From IMG/VR virus record IMGVR_UViG_2880406838_000008: DNA of 41,210 bases; one strand, 5' to 3'. A program made the translations under genes and the position numbers. Positions 11,154 through 20,010 of the stretch are shown here, one piece after another; positions within the stretch are counted from its first letter, which is position 1, and every line of letters starts with the position of its first letter. The DNA is from a virus. Taxonomy: Duplodnaviria > Heunggongvirae > Uroviricota > Caudoviricetes. The notes below the pieces were generated by a model. The model did no database searches, had not been told where the DNA came from, and was given only the letters and a program-made list of their open reading frames with translations.

Positions 11154-14100
11154 TCAGCATTCCTCCGTCACGTCGCATGGACAGCATCACCGCCTGCACC
11201 CGCTGGTCAATCAGCTGCACAAGACTGCCTGCCGCCTCCGGCCCTATCTGGCCATTAGTCCCGTCATTCTGAATGGCGATATGGTAGACCGGGGAATACA
11301 CCAGACCCGCACTGCCGTTCATACTGCCCACCGCGCGCACACCCAGCGAGCCATCCGCCGCCCGGGTCAGGGGCATAATGGCTTCAGGTCCGGCCTCCCC
11401 CATCAGCCCGGCCCCTTTTGCAAAGGCAAAGTACGTGGGCGTATCCACAATACTGTTGCTGTACGCACTCAGGTTTGCCGAGGTATACACGCCGCCTTTT
11501 GCATTGGCCACCGCTCCGCCCAGCCAGTCACCAATGCTGCCGAGAAATCCTCCCGCACCGGACATACCGTTTGCCGCCGTCTTAATTCCGTTGACAATGG
11601 CCGCATTCATAAGAACTTTTGATATTTCCTGCAGTACGGATGAGGCCCAGCTGCGCCATTCCACTTTGTTTCCGTTCAGCATCTCCGTGATGTTATTCAC
11701 CATCCCTGAGATACCCTCCGTCGCAAGCTGTGCTGCCTGTGAGGCGTAATCGGACGCATTATCCACCCAGTTACTGAATCCCTCCTGCAGCCCTTTCTGC
11801 CAGTCCGCACGCTGCGCATCCGATTCGGCATAAAAAGTTTCCTGGTCTTTAAGGCGTTCACTCAGATACTGCGCGTTCTGTGCCAGAGCCTGTCTGTAAA
11901 AATCCTCACTGATATCCCCGGTCTGATACTGAGACTGAAGGTCCGCATCCTTCTGGCGGAAGCTGTCGCGGATCTGCTGCAACTCCCGCATGCGTTCTCT
12001 GGCTCGCTCCCCCTGCCCGTACCCCAGCAGTTCAGCATCATTCGACGCACGCGCAGCCGCATTCTCATTCTTCAGTGTCTCTTCCCGGGATCGCAACTGT
12101 TCCCGGATTTTTTGCTGGTCAATCAGGGCCGCATTGCGCAGCAGCTCCTGCTTCTGTATCTCCGTCAGGGTTTTCAGTTCGCCCTGCGCAGTCTGGTACT
12201 TCAGCTTCGCCAGCTCTGTATTCTGACCGGCCAGTGCCAGTTGCGCCTTCTGCTGCTTCAGCAGCCGGGAAAAACTGTCTTCCGCTTTTTCCGTCTCTGA
12301 TTTTCCACCCCGGGATTTAGGTTTGTTCGCCTCGTTATTACGCCAGGCTTCCAGAGCATTACTGATATAACGCTGTCTCGCCTCCTGATACGAATCCCCC
12401 ACAAAACCAAGGTCATCCGCCGCATACCCCAGCCGGGCACGCTCTTTTTCTTCCCCTTTCAGTCTGGACAGGGCCAGCTCACGCTCTGTTTTTGTCAGGG
12501 CACTCTGCTGTTTATCATCCAGAGTGGCCTGTGGCAGCCGTAACGGCACATTCACCAGTCCCTGCCGCTGCTGAAGCAGTTCATTACCCAGCCCCAGCAG
12601 ACGGTTGAATTCCGTATGCTGACCGTTCATAACCAGCATGGACTGGTACACCTTATTCTGCTCTGCCGCCTGCTGACGAATTAACGCCACACGACGGTCT
12701 TCCAGCCCGGCAAGCACATCCTGAATGGACTGCGCTTTTTCCTGCATCTGTGCCAGACGGGACTGCTCAACGGCAAGCTGCTCTGTTGCCTGAGCAAGCC
12801 CTTCCGTTACGGTCTTCACCGAGGTCAGATGGTTTATCATGAATCCGTCACCGGTCGTCCAGCCCGGGTTCGCCAGAACATACTGATATCCTGCGATTTT
12901 TTCCTGCAGGGATTTCACCCGACTGGCCTGTTCATCAATCAGTCGGTTCTGCTCTGTCAGCGCCGCCCGTGTTCGTCCTTCATTATCTGAGGCTTCAGGC
13001 AAAGACATTGACGGCGTTTTATGCGCGATTTCATCTATCGTCAGTGCATACTGGCGCGCAGACTCCCTGGCCTGCTCCTGATTCTGGTACAGCGTGTACC
13101 ATGCTGCAGCCCCCAGCATCACCAGTCCGGGTACGCCACCAACCAGCCCCAGCGCACCGCTCATCAGACGTGAGCCCACCGCCGTTGTACTGTTCAGCGC
13201 ATTCTGGGCGGCGCTTCTGGCAGCAATATTTCTGTTCAGGCGTTCCTGTGTGGCCGCCAGACGGGCTTCTGCAGCAATCTGCATCTCCGTCCCGCGGGCT
13301 GCCGCCACGGCCTGCTGAGCACGGTACACGGCTGCTCTTGCCCGCGCCGTGGCAATCTGCGTTCCCCTGAACTGTGCTTCCGCCAGTGCAACTTCATTAC
13401 GTGCAGCCGTCACAAGTCCTGCCGTGGCAGACATCGCTCCGGAGGCCATATTGCCAAAGTACCGGGCAACCCCGACGGCAACCAGTGCCCCCACGGCTGT
13501 TGCCACATTATCAATCTGTCCGGCAACACCGTTCAGCACGCCGGAGAGCGTTTTCGTCACCCCGCTGGCCTCATTCGCACCACCCACCCAGGCCATAAAG
13601 GCGTTTTCCACCTTTGTGATCCCGTCAGAGACCGTTTCCGGCATGGCCGCGTATTCATCACGCAATACCTCCAGCTGGCTGATTAACGCAGGAACGACTT
13701 TATCCGCCGTCAGTTGACCATCGTCCGCCATCGCCTTCAGATCTTTACGGGCCACGCCCATACCCGCAGCCAGTGCACGTACGATCCGGTCACCACTTTC
13801 ATTGACCGAATTAAATTCCTCACCGCGCAACACACCCTGTGCCAGCGCCTGGCTGAACTGGGTGATCACCGAACCCGCCTCAGCCGTACTGGCACCGGAG
13901 ATTTTCAGCCCCGTGGAAATGGCCTCCGTCACCTTCAGCACATCATCAGCACTGTAACCATATTCACGCATTGAGGCTGCCGAGCGGGCAAACAGGGCCG
14001 CATTATCCGAAAAAGCGGTACCTGTCCGCTGACTGATATCCATCAGCACTTTCTGTGATGACGAAAATTCATCAGATGACTGCGACGCCTGTTTCAGACG

Positions 14101-14388
14101 GGCATTCACGGAACTCCACTCATCAGCCAGTGAAATCAGGTGTCCGGTGGCAAAGGCACCGGCAAATGCGCCAGCCATTCCGACAGCAGAACCGCGAATT
14201 TCCGTCAACTGGCTGTTCAGTTCTGCCAGGGCACGTCGCTGATCCCGGGCTGCCGCAGCGGCCTGACGCCCGCCATTCTGCAGGGTCCGGTAATATTCAC
14301 TGCCCATACGGGAAGCCCGCTGGATCTCCGACTGGAATGACTGCGAATTTGCCGAAATTTTGATAATCAGTTCACGTAACGTCGCCAT
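11146..14388 (-). CDS. H: tail tape measure protein H
   Basis: 1080 aa, long alpha-helical/coiled-coil composition rich in A/Q/E/R, Gly-rich hydrophobic C-terminal region; follows the G/G-T chaperone genes. Confidence 0.9.
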   Translation of the reverse strand: MATLRELIIKISANSQSFQSEIQRASRMGSEYYRTLQNGGRQAAAAARDQRRALAELNSQLTEIRGSAVGMAGAFAGAFATGHLISLADEWSSVNARLKQASQSSDEFSSSQKVLMDISQRTGTAFSDNAALFARSAASMREYGYSADDVLKVTEAISTGLKISGASTAEAGSVITQFSQALAQGVLRGEEFNSVNESGDRIVRALAAGMGVARKDLKAMADDGQLTADKVVPALISQLEVLRDEYAAMPETVSDGITKVENAFMAWVGGANEASGVTKTLSGVLNGVAGQIDNVATAVGALVAVGVARYFGNMASGAMSATAGLVTAARNEVALAEAQFRGTQIATARARAAVYRAQQAVAAARGTEMQIAAEARLAATQERLNRNIAARSAAQNALNSTTAVGSRLMSGALGLVGGVPGLVMLGAAAWYTLYQNQEQARESARQYALTIDEIAHKTPSMSLPEASDNEGRTRAALTEQNRLIDEQASRVKSLQEKIAGYQYVLANPGWTTGDGFMINHLTSVKTVTEGLAQATEQLAVEQSRLAQMQEKAQSIQDVLAGLEDRRVALIRQQAAEQNKVYQSMLVMNGQHTEFNRLLGLGNELLQQRQGLVNVPLRLPQATLDDKQQSALTKTERELALSRLKGEEKERARLGYAADDLGFVGDSYQEARQRYISNALEAWRNNEANKPKSRGGKSETEKAEDSFSRLLKQQKAQLALAGQNTELAKLKYQTAQGELKTLTEIQKQELLRNAALIDQQKIREQLRSREETLKNENAAARASNDAELLGYGQGERARERMRELQQIRDSFRQKDADLQSQYQTGDISEDFYRQALAQNAQYLSERLKDQETFYAESDAQRADWQKGLQEGFSNWVDNASDYASQAAQLATEGISGMVNNITEMLNGNKVEWRSWASSVLQEISKVLMNAAIVNGIKTAANGMSGAGGFLGSIGDWLGGAVANAKGGVYTSANLSAYSNSIVDTPTYFAFAKGAGLMGEAGPEAIMPLTRAADGSLGVRAVGSMNGSAGLVYSPVYHIAIQNDGTNGQIGPEAAGSLVQLIDQRVQAVMLSMRRDGGMLSG

Positions 14389-14439
14389 TCACCTTTCTCC
14401 GGGCAAAAAAAACCTGCCACAGCAGGTTTTCATCATTAT

Positions 14440-14754
14440 TTATGACATTGCTGCAAGGCTCAGCGCGTCTTCCAGCGCCGCAAACGGATCCACCTCCGGC
14501 TTATCCTCATCCTCGCCCCAGCAGAGCATGGCGTCCTTCAGTGCAACATTCATCCCCTGTGCCCCGAAAACCGCTTTCACGATCTGTGCATTACGGATAT
14601 CCCCGCGCTCATCACCCAGCGGGGATACCCTGTCGAACTCCATCCACATCATCGCCTCGCTCGCACTCAGGCTGTGGCGCAGTTCGGATAAGGTGCGCCC
14701 CAGACGGAGCGCAAGTCGCATCAGAAAGCGAATTTCCGGGCGGGCTACTTTTTT
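14440..14754 (-). CDS. T: T segment of the G-T tail assembly chaperone, reached by -1 programmed frameshift from G
   Basis: ORF in the -1 frame relative to G, continuous from the slippery heptamer A-AAA-AAG (14748-14754) through MRLALRLGRTLSEL... to the stop at 14440. Confidence 0.7.
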   Translation of the reverse strand, partial: KKVARPEIRFLMRLALRLGRTLSELRHSLSASEAMMWMEFDRVSPLGDERGDIRNAQIVKAVFGAQGMNVALKDAMLCWGEDEDKPEVDPFAALEDALSLAAMS

Positions 14755-15119
14755 CTGGCCGACTCTGCATCAGCGATCAGTTCCAGTGCCTGACGCAGCA
14801 ACCGGGCATGTACCGGACCATAGACGGCCAGCACCTGCTCACGGTCGTCCGGAGCGAACACCCGCTGCAGATCCGTATCACACAGGACATCGCAGAACAG
14901 CGTCACATCCGCTTCCAGGTTACGGCGGGTTTTCGCCACCACCGACAGGGTATCGTCATCCTCTCCATCACCATTGAGCACTTCCTGCCACAGATACCAG
15001 GCCTCTGCCGAAGGCTCCCGCAGCACCACGCTGACATTTCTCCATTCCGGCACCTTCACCGTTTTATGACGGAACCCCGACAGTCTGGCCAGCGCCAGTG
15101 TTTTCAGATCTTTTGCCAT
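14745..15119 (-). CDS. G: tail assembly chaperone G
   Basis: 124 aa, acidic; ends ...ESARKK-TAG with the A-AAA-AAG slippery site directly before the stop, as in lambda G/G-T. Confidence 0.8.
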   Translation of the reverse strand: MAKDLKTLALARLSGFRHKTVKVPEWRNVSVVLREPSAEAWYLWQEVLNGDGEDDDTLSVVAKTRRNLEADVTLFCDVLCDTDLQRVFAPDDREQVLAVYGPVHARLLRQALELIADAESARKK

Positions 15120-15124
15120 AAGCC

Positions 15125-15841
15125 TTATCCGCCCGCACCATTAACCGTTACCGTACACGCATCAGAGGTAATGCTCTGCGGCTGTTCTGCAGAATCCGTT
15201 ACCATGCAGGTATAAGCCCCCTTATCACCTGACTGCGCATTGGCTTTACTGAAAGTGTCAGTAGTCTGTCCCTCGACCGGCTGACCATCCTTCTTCCAGG
15301 CGTATTTATAAGGCGGCGTTCCCCCGTTGACACTGACTGACATTGTCAGCAGCGCACCTGTATTCACGGTAAGTGTCTTCTCCGGATTTTTCACAAACGC
15401 CAGCGGTACCACATAGGACACCGGTTTACCCTTCAGGCGAAGTGAAAACGTTGCAGCCACCACGCCGTTGGTACCGGATGACCAGGTGTGCTGACGCACT
15501 TCCGCCAGGAACTTAAAGCCCTTACCGGACGGAAACTGCACCTTAAACGCATACACCGTGTCATTGTCATAGGCATCACGCAGGGCGTTCTGGGCCTGAT
15601 TCAGATAAAAATTACCCGACATGGAAATCTCGGACGACGCCCCCAGACCGTTGATGTTCTCCTGCTCTGTGGAGCAGAGCGTGGTCACATCAATATCCTG
15701 TTTCTGACCGGCGGTGAACTGGACTTCCTTGATGGTGCAGTCCAGGCGCAGATATTCCGCCTTATCCATAGTTTCAGCAGTCGCCGGGGCAGATGAAATC
15801 ATCACCTGCGTCAGCTGTGAGCGTTCATACAAAGCAGACAT
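15125..15841 (-). CDS. V: major tail protein V
   Basis: Start at internal ATG 15841 with AGGAGG RBS (MSALYERSQ...); about 238 aa with an Ig-like C-terminal extension; immediately upstream of G. Confidence 0.85.
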   Translation of the reverse strand: MSALYERSQLTQVMISSAPATAETMDKAEYLRLDCTIKEVQFTAGQKQDIDVTTLCSTEQENINGLGASSEISMSGNFYLNQAQNALRDAYDNDTVYAFKVQFPSGKGFKFLAEVRQHTWSSGTNGVVAATFSLRLKGKPVSYVVPLAFVKNPEKTLTVNTGALLTMSVSVNGGTPPYKYAWKKDGQPVEGQTTDTFSKANAQSGDKGAYTCMVTDSAEQPQSITSDACTVTVNGAGG

Positions 15842-15909
15842 TCTGCCTCCTGATAATAAAAAAACCCGCACGCGGCGGGGTATGGGTTTTGTAGAAAAAA
15901 AAGAAAAAG

Positions 15910-16254
15910 TCACACCGTGACCTGAAACTCCAGGGTTGCACGGTAACAGCGGTTTTCCGGAATATAGTCCTGCATTTCACTGACGGATCCCGGGGCCAGC
16001 AGCATTATGGCTTCACGGGCGTCCTGACGTATCTGACGCGCCTGCGTCACAGTCCCGGCATAAACGTCTATCTGCACCGACACTGAGGACTCCGCCTGCC
16101 CGCCCATCACGTCCGCAGACACCGATGAAATCAGGCTGAAAACCACCCACGGAAGCGCCACCGACGGCCTGCCATCCAGCAGGGGGACCACATACGGGTA
16201 CACCTGCCCGCCGGCAAGATGCGCCAGATAAGGATACAAATCCGCCTCCGTCAT
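15910..16254 (-). CDS. U: tail terminator protein (gpU-like)
   Basis: 114 aa; ATGA start/stop overlap with the upstream gene; position immediately before V. Confidence 0.6.
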   Translation of the reverse strand: MTEADLYPYLAHLAGGQVYPYVVPLLDGRPSVALPWVVFSLISSVSADVMGGQAESSVSVQIDVYAGTVTQARQIRQDAREAIMLLAPGSVSEMQDYIPENRCYRATLEFQVTV

Positions 16255-16697
16255 CGTCTCAGTACCTCATCAATGGCCCGGTTCATCCGCGCAATCGCCA
16301 CCTGAGCTGCCTGTTCACTGCGCACATCAAACGCCGGGCGCACAAACGGGTGCGGTGGCATATTCACGGTCCCCATTTCCACAAACCGCCAGTAGAAAGC
16401 ATTGCGCGGGTTATCCGCCTTCATGGTGTTATCGCTGTTACCGGTGTCCGGATTAACACCACGGATATGGACACCGGATTCCATCCCGCCATCGCGGGAG
16501 CGCCGGGAAAGGACCACCACATTGCGGCGCAGTTTTCCCCTGCGTACCGGTGCCCGTGACACCACTTCTTCTTTCAGCACATTCGCACCCGCACGGGTTG
16601 CCTCACGCAGCACCCGGTTATTTTCCGCACCACTCAGAAGCTGCAAATCGCGGCTGATGTCCTCCAGCCCCGAAAAATCCAGCAGGGTTTCGATCAT
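16251..16697 (-). CDS. tail completion protein (HK97 gp10-like / Z-like)
   Basis: 148 aa; motifs (APVRRGKLR..., FVEMG..., FVRPAF) recalled from the HK97 gp10 family; position before U. Confidence 0.6.
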   Translation of the reverse strand: MIETLLDFSGLEDISRDLQLLSGAENNRVLREATRAGANVLKEEVVSRAPVRRGKLRRNVVVLSRRSRDGGMESGVHIRGVNPDTGNSDNTMKADNPRNAFYWRFVEMGTVNMPPHPFVRPAFDVRSEQAAQVAIARMNRAIDEVLRR

Positions 16698-17044
16698 TTT
16701 TCCCCTCCCAGCCGACAGAGAATTTCCAGACGCCCGCCGGTCACATCCGGCACGGGCAGCCCGACAACGTTCAGGATCCGGTCACGCCATGGACCACTCA
16801 GCACATGAAGTCGTGACGCTGCCGTGATTTCCCGGCCGGACTGACCGCGCACCCAGATGCGGATTTCCGCCTGCGCCATTTCCGCACCGGACTGCATCCG
16901 CTCCCGGCTGCTCCTGCCACGGATATCCGCATGAATTTTCCCGCATGACACCCATTCTTCCGTCATTTCTCCGGCAGCATTACGGGTTAACACCGGGTTC
17001 AGAACACTTATCATCTGTGTCAGACGACCTGCAGATATTGCCAT
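16694..17044 (-). CDS. head-tail adaptor / head closure protein
   Basis: 116 aa; pattern (...EMAQAEIRIWVR..., ...RLHVLSGPWRD...) resembles the phage head-tail joining family; overlapping stop/start with neighbours. Confidence 0.55.
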   Translation of the reverse strand: MAISAGRLTQMISVLNPVLTRNAAGEMTEEWVSCGKIHADIRGRSSRERMQSGAEMAQAEIRIWVRGQSGREITAASRLHVLSGPWRDRILNVVGLPVPDVTGGRLEILCRLGGEK

Positions 17045-17053
17045 TCCCCCTCC

Positions 17054-17380
17054 TCATAACACCGTCGGACAACGCAAATCGTAAATCAGCACGGACACAG
17101 AAAACGGCAGTTCCCCCTGCACGAGGTCTTCCCGCTCAGCAAGATCCGGATTCCGGTACAGCATCCCGGTCAGTCGCATGGCAGCCCCCTTCATCCGGGT
17201 TAATGCCTCGCCCGGGATCAGCTCACCGTCCTCACGAATCACCTTATCCCGGCTGCCCTGAATGTAGGCCAGCAGCACGGCGGTAGCCTGACGAACCTTG
17301 TCCATCAGCATGTCATCATCCGCGTCATGGTCGACACGCAGATGTGCCTTGATCTCTTCCAGTGTCAGTAATGCCGTCAT
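17054..17380 (-). CDS. head-tail connector protein (gp6-like)
   Basis: 108 aa; N-terminal LTLEEIKAHLRVDHDADDDML is typical of gp6-like connector proteins. Confidence 0.6.
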   Translation of the reverse strand: MTALLTLEEIKAHLRVDHDADDDMLMDKVRQATAVLLAYIQGSRDKVIREDGELIPGEALTRMKGAAMRLTGMLYRNPDLAEREDLVQGELPFSVSVLIYDLRCPTVL

Positions 17381-18438
17381 TTTCCGCCTCCTGCATCCCG
17401 TCCACGTTTGGCAGCCAGGGTCCAGCCTGATGAATGAGCTTCTCCGGGTTTATCACCGGTCATACTGTTGCAGTGCCACAGCGAGCCCCCCCACGTCACC
17501 GTATCACCGGGGTGGTAGGTTTCACCGGCTCTGAACACACCGCGGTAGAGCATCACCGGCAGGGAAAATGTTTTTTCCGTACGCTGGCCACTGCTCTGCC
17601 GGACCACCACAGTGAACGACCGTTCGCCGGTCATGCTGACGTCAATATCGGCCACCCCGTCAACCAGGCATTCCCATCCCCGCATCCCGTGCGTTTTTTC
17701 ATACGCCCGCCAGAGTCCGCCCTGGTGTGTGGCATACGTGCCCCGGGGAAAGGATTTTTGATCGTCAATGGCGGGGATTATTTCCAGTGCCGTGGCATCA
17801 CGCCCGTCCTGCGGAGCCGGCAGGGCTCTCACCGCATCCAGAACAGCCTTCTGCAGAACATCGGGATCATAGTCACGACCATCACGCGGAACAGGAATAT
17901 GGCTTACCGCCTCTTTCACCATCTGTTCAAGCATCGGACGCACATCATCGGGGGTAATACTTTTGCCGTCCGCCGGTACCGGAATATTCGCAACCGCATC
18001 ATTCACCGCCTGCTTCAGTACTTCCGGATCATAATCACGACCGTCACGCGGAGCAGGGATATGGCTTACAGCCTCTTTCACCATCTGCTCAAGCATCGGA
18101 CGCACATCATCGGGGGTGATACTTTTGCCGTCCGCCGGTACCGGAATATTCGCAACCGCATCATTCACCGCCTGCTGCAGTACATCCGGATCATAATCAC
18201 GACCATCACGCGGTACCGGAATGGTCCCCACAGCGTCATCCACCATCGCCTGCAGAACCGGATGTACCTCATCCACCGTCACATGCTTCTGTAATACCGC
18301 CGACAGGGAAGCCAGTTTCTCTTCAAACGCTTGTGCCTGCGCGGCCATCTTCCCCTCAAATGTGCGCTGTAAATCCGCCAGCACCGTGGAGAATTCTTCG
18401 CCCAGTGCACGAATAATGGACAGTTCCCGTTCCGTCAT
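17377..18438 (-). CDS. structural protein of unknown function with tandem 54-aa repeats (possible head decoration protein)
   Basis: 353 aa; N-terminal coiled coil, about three near-identical 54-aa repeats (IPVPADGKSITPDDVRPMLEQMVKEAVSHIPAPRDGRDYDPEVLKQAVNDAVAN), beta-rich C-terminal domain; overlaps the portal stop. Confidence 0.5.
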   Translation of the reverse strand: MTERELSIIRALGEEFSTVLADLQRTFEGKMAAQAQAFEEKLASLSAVLQKHVTVDEVHPVLQAMVDDAVGTIPVPRDGRDYDPDVLQQAVNDAVANIPVPADGKSITPDDVRPMLEQMVKEAVSHIPAPRDGRDYDPEVLKQAVNDAVANIPVPADGKSITPDDVRPMLEQMVKEAVSHIPVPRDGRDYDPDVLQKAVLDAVRALPAPQDGRDATALEIIPAIDDQKSFPRGTYATHQGGLWRAYEKTHGMRGWECLVDGVADIDVSMTGERSFTVVVRQSSGQRTEKTFSLPVMLYRGVFRAGETYHPGDTVTWGGSLWHCNSMTGDKPGEAHSSGWTLAAKRGRDAGGGK

Positions 18439-19799
18439 TTTCTCAGTATCCCCCTGAACATCGCTTTCACTGCATCATGCTCTGTTTCACTGATTGCCTT
18501 ATTACCGTCAGATGCGCCGTCAGGCAGTTGTGCTGAAACTGTTTTCCCGGCCGACGCGAACGGGTCCTCACGGGCATCACGACGGGACAGCGCCTCCAGA
18601 CTGTAGTTCTGCTGCTGAAGATACAGTGCATCACCGCCGGCAAGGGGCGGCAGGTTCTCACGTTTACGGGCCTCATTGGGCGTGAGAAGCGTATTTTTCA
18701 CCGATTCACCCAGTGTTTTCATGCGCCGTTCGCTGTCCATTCTCAGCAGCGTGGTGACGTCAAACTCCGTGCTCTCGTTTTCCCCCGTTTCCAGCGCCTC
18801 ATCCAGTAACAGCTCAATGGACTCAATCAGCGTCTGCAGACACTGGGAATAATACTGCTGCTCCAGCGCCTCCACGTTGTCACTGGAAGGCGGGTGGCCA
18901 ACGCCAATCTTGTAGGCCAGGACACGGAACACCGAACAGACAATTTCAGCGGTCATCTTCAGTTGTTCCACCGTCTGCGCATCCACCGGTGAAAACGTCG
19001 TGGGGTTGTATTTTGCCCCGTTGCTCAGAATGGCCGTTTTCCCCGCATTTTCGCCGGTATACCCGCTGTCCCAGTTGCTCTTCAGTTTTTTCGCATTTTC
19101 TTCCGTAATACTGCCGGGGATCTCAATCACCCCGGACGGCCTGCCGCCATTTCTGAAAAAAGACGTCGAATTTTCCTGAATATGATGCCCCTGCGTGGCC
19201 GCCAGCCCGGCAGCATACACCGGCGGCAGCCCCACAAGCGGATGAAAAAAACAGTTAAACCGGTCGTGGATCACTTCCCTGGCAGGCACCGTCACCGCCT
19301 CCGTGATCCCGCAGTTCCGGTCCGGTGTAATGCGATAGAACACCTCGCCGTCATCCGCCACCAGAGGTTCAACCCGGCTCCAGTCCAGAATACGCAGTTC
19401 TTTGATCTGCCCCCGGGCATTACGGATTTTCAGCACCACCGTATTGCCATGACGCAGTTTGGCGTTCAGCCACAGTTCAAAAAACTGGATGCGGTTCTGC
19501 TGGGCGTTGGGACGACGACAGAGGCGGGCAATATCCCCCCGGCGCGTTTCCCTGCGTATCCCATGCGCATCCGTCTGCATAAGACGCAGCCGCATTTTGG
19601 CGATATCCTGGGATATCAGCGAAATACATGCAAACACCGCATGAAAGGAGAGGACGGCTTCAGGATCGGCTTTCACGCCCTGCTGCCAGGCGCCGGAAAA
19701 GGGCTCAGCCACCGCCTGAAACAGGCTGGTCCAGCCCGCCTCTCTTACGTCACGTCCTGATTTCTGGTTTTTTCGGGTTCGCCGTAAAAGGTTCCACAT
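18435..19799 (-). CDS. portal protein (HK97-family)
   Basis: 454 aa; motif blocks FFRNGGRPSGVIEIPGSITEENAKKLKSNWDSGYTGENAGKTAILSNGAKY and TPNEARKRENLPPLAGGDALYLQQQNY recalled as portal-family signatures. Confidence 0.8.
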   Translation of the reverse strand: MWNLLRRTRKNQKSGRDVREAGWTSLFQAVAEPFSGAWQQGVKADPEAVLSFHAVFACISLISQDIAKMRLRLMQTDAHGIRRETRRGDIARLCRRPNAQQNRIQFFELWLNAKLRHGNTVVLKIRNARGQIKELRILDWSRVEPLVADDGEVFYRITPDRNCGITEAVTVPAREVIHDRFNCFFHPLVGLPPVYAAGLAATQGHHIQENSTSFFRNGGRPSGVIEIPGSITEENAKKLKSNWDSGYTGENAGKTAILSNGAKYNPTTFSPVDAQTVEQLKMTAEIVCSVFRVLAYKIGVGHPPSSDNVEALEQQYYSQCLQTLIESIELLLDEALETGENESTEFDVTTLLRMDSERRMKTLGESVKNTLLTPNEARKRENLPPLAGGDALYLQQQNYSLEALSRRDAREDPFASAGKTVSAQLPDGASDGNKAISETEHDAVKAMFRGILRK

Positions 19800-19966
19800 T
19801 CGCCATGCTCCGCATCACGTTTCTTTTTCTGACCTGCCGGACGTCGCACCGTGATGTACTCCGCCTTCCCCAGGCGAACCAGCACCTCCGCACACGGCTG
19901 TGCCACATCACGGATATCCCCGGCCCGGGCATCATGCGTGCCCTGCAGATATCGGATCTTTGCCAT
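19745..19966 (-). CDS. small hypothetical protein between capsid and portal genes
   Basis: 73-aa ORF with ATG at 19966; its 3' end overlaps the annotated portal start, so the true extent is uncertain. Confidence 0.3.
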   Translation of the reverse strand: MAKIRYLQGTHDARAGDIRDVAQPCAEVLVRLGKAEYITVRRPAGQKKKRDAEHGECGTFYGEPEKTRNQDVT

Positions 19967-20010
19967 AACCTGTTACGGGAGGCGCACGCCTCCCGTCCTC
20001 CTTATCAGAC

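Noticed and set aside
11281-14363. Multiple short plus-strand ORFs within the tape measure gene
   Set aside because: Antisense artefacts in a long GC-rich gene.
17434-18294. 286-aa plus-strand ORF overlapping the repeat-protein gene
   Set aside because: Kept open by the tandem repeats on the opposite strand; His/Arg/Ile-rich with no translation signals.
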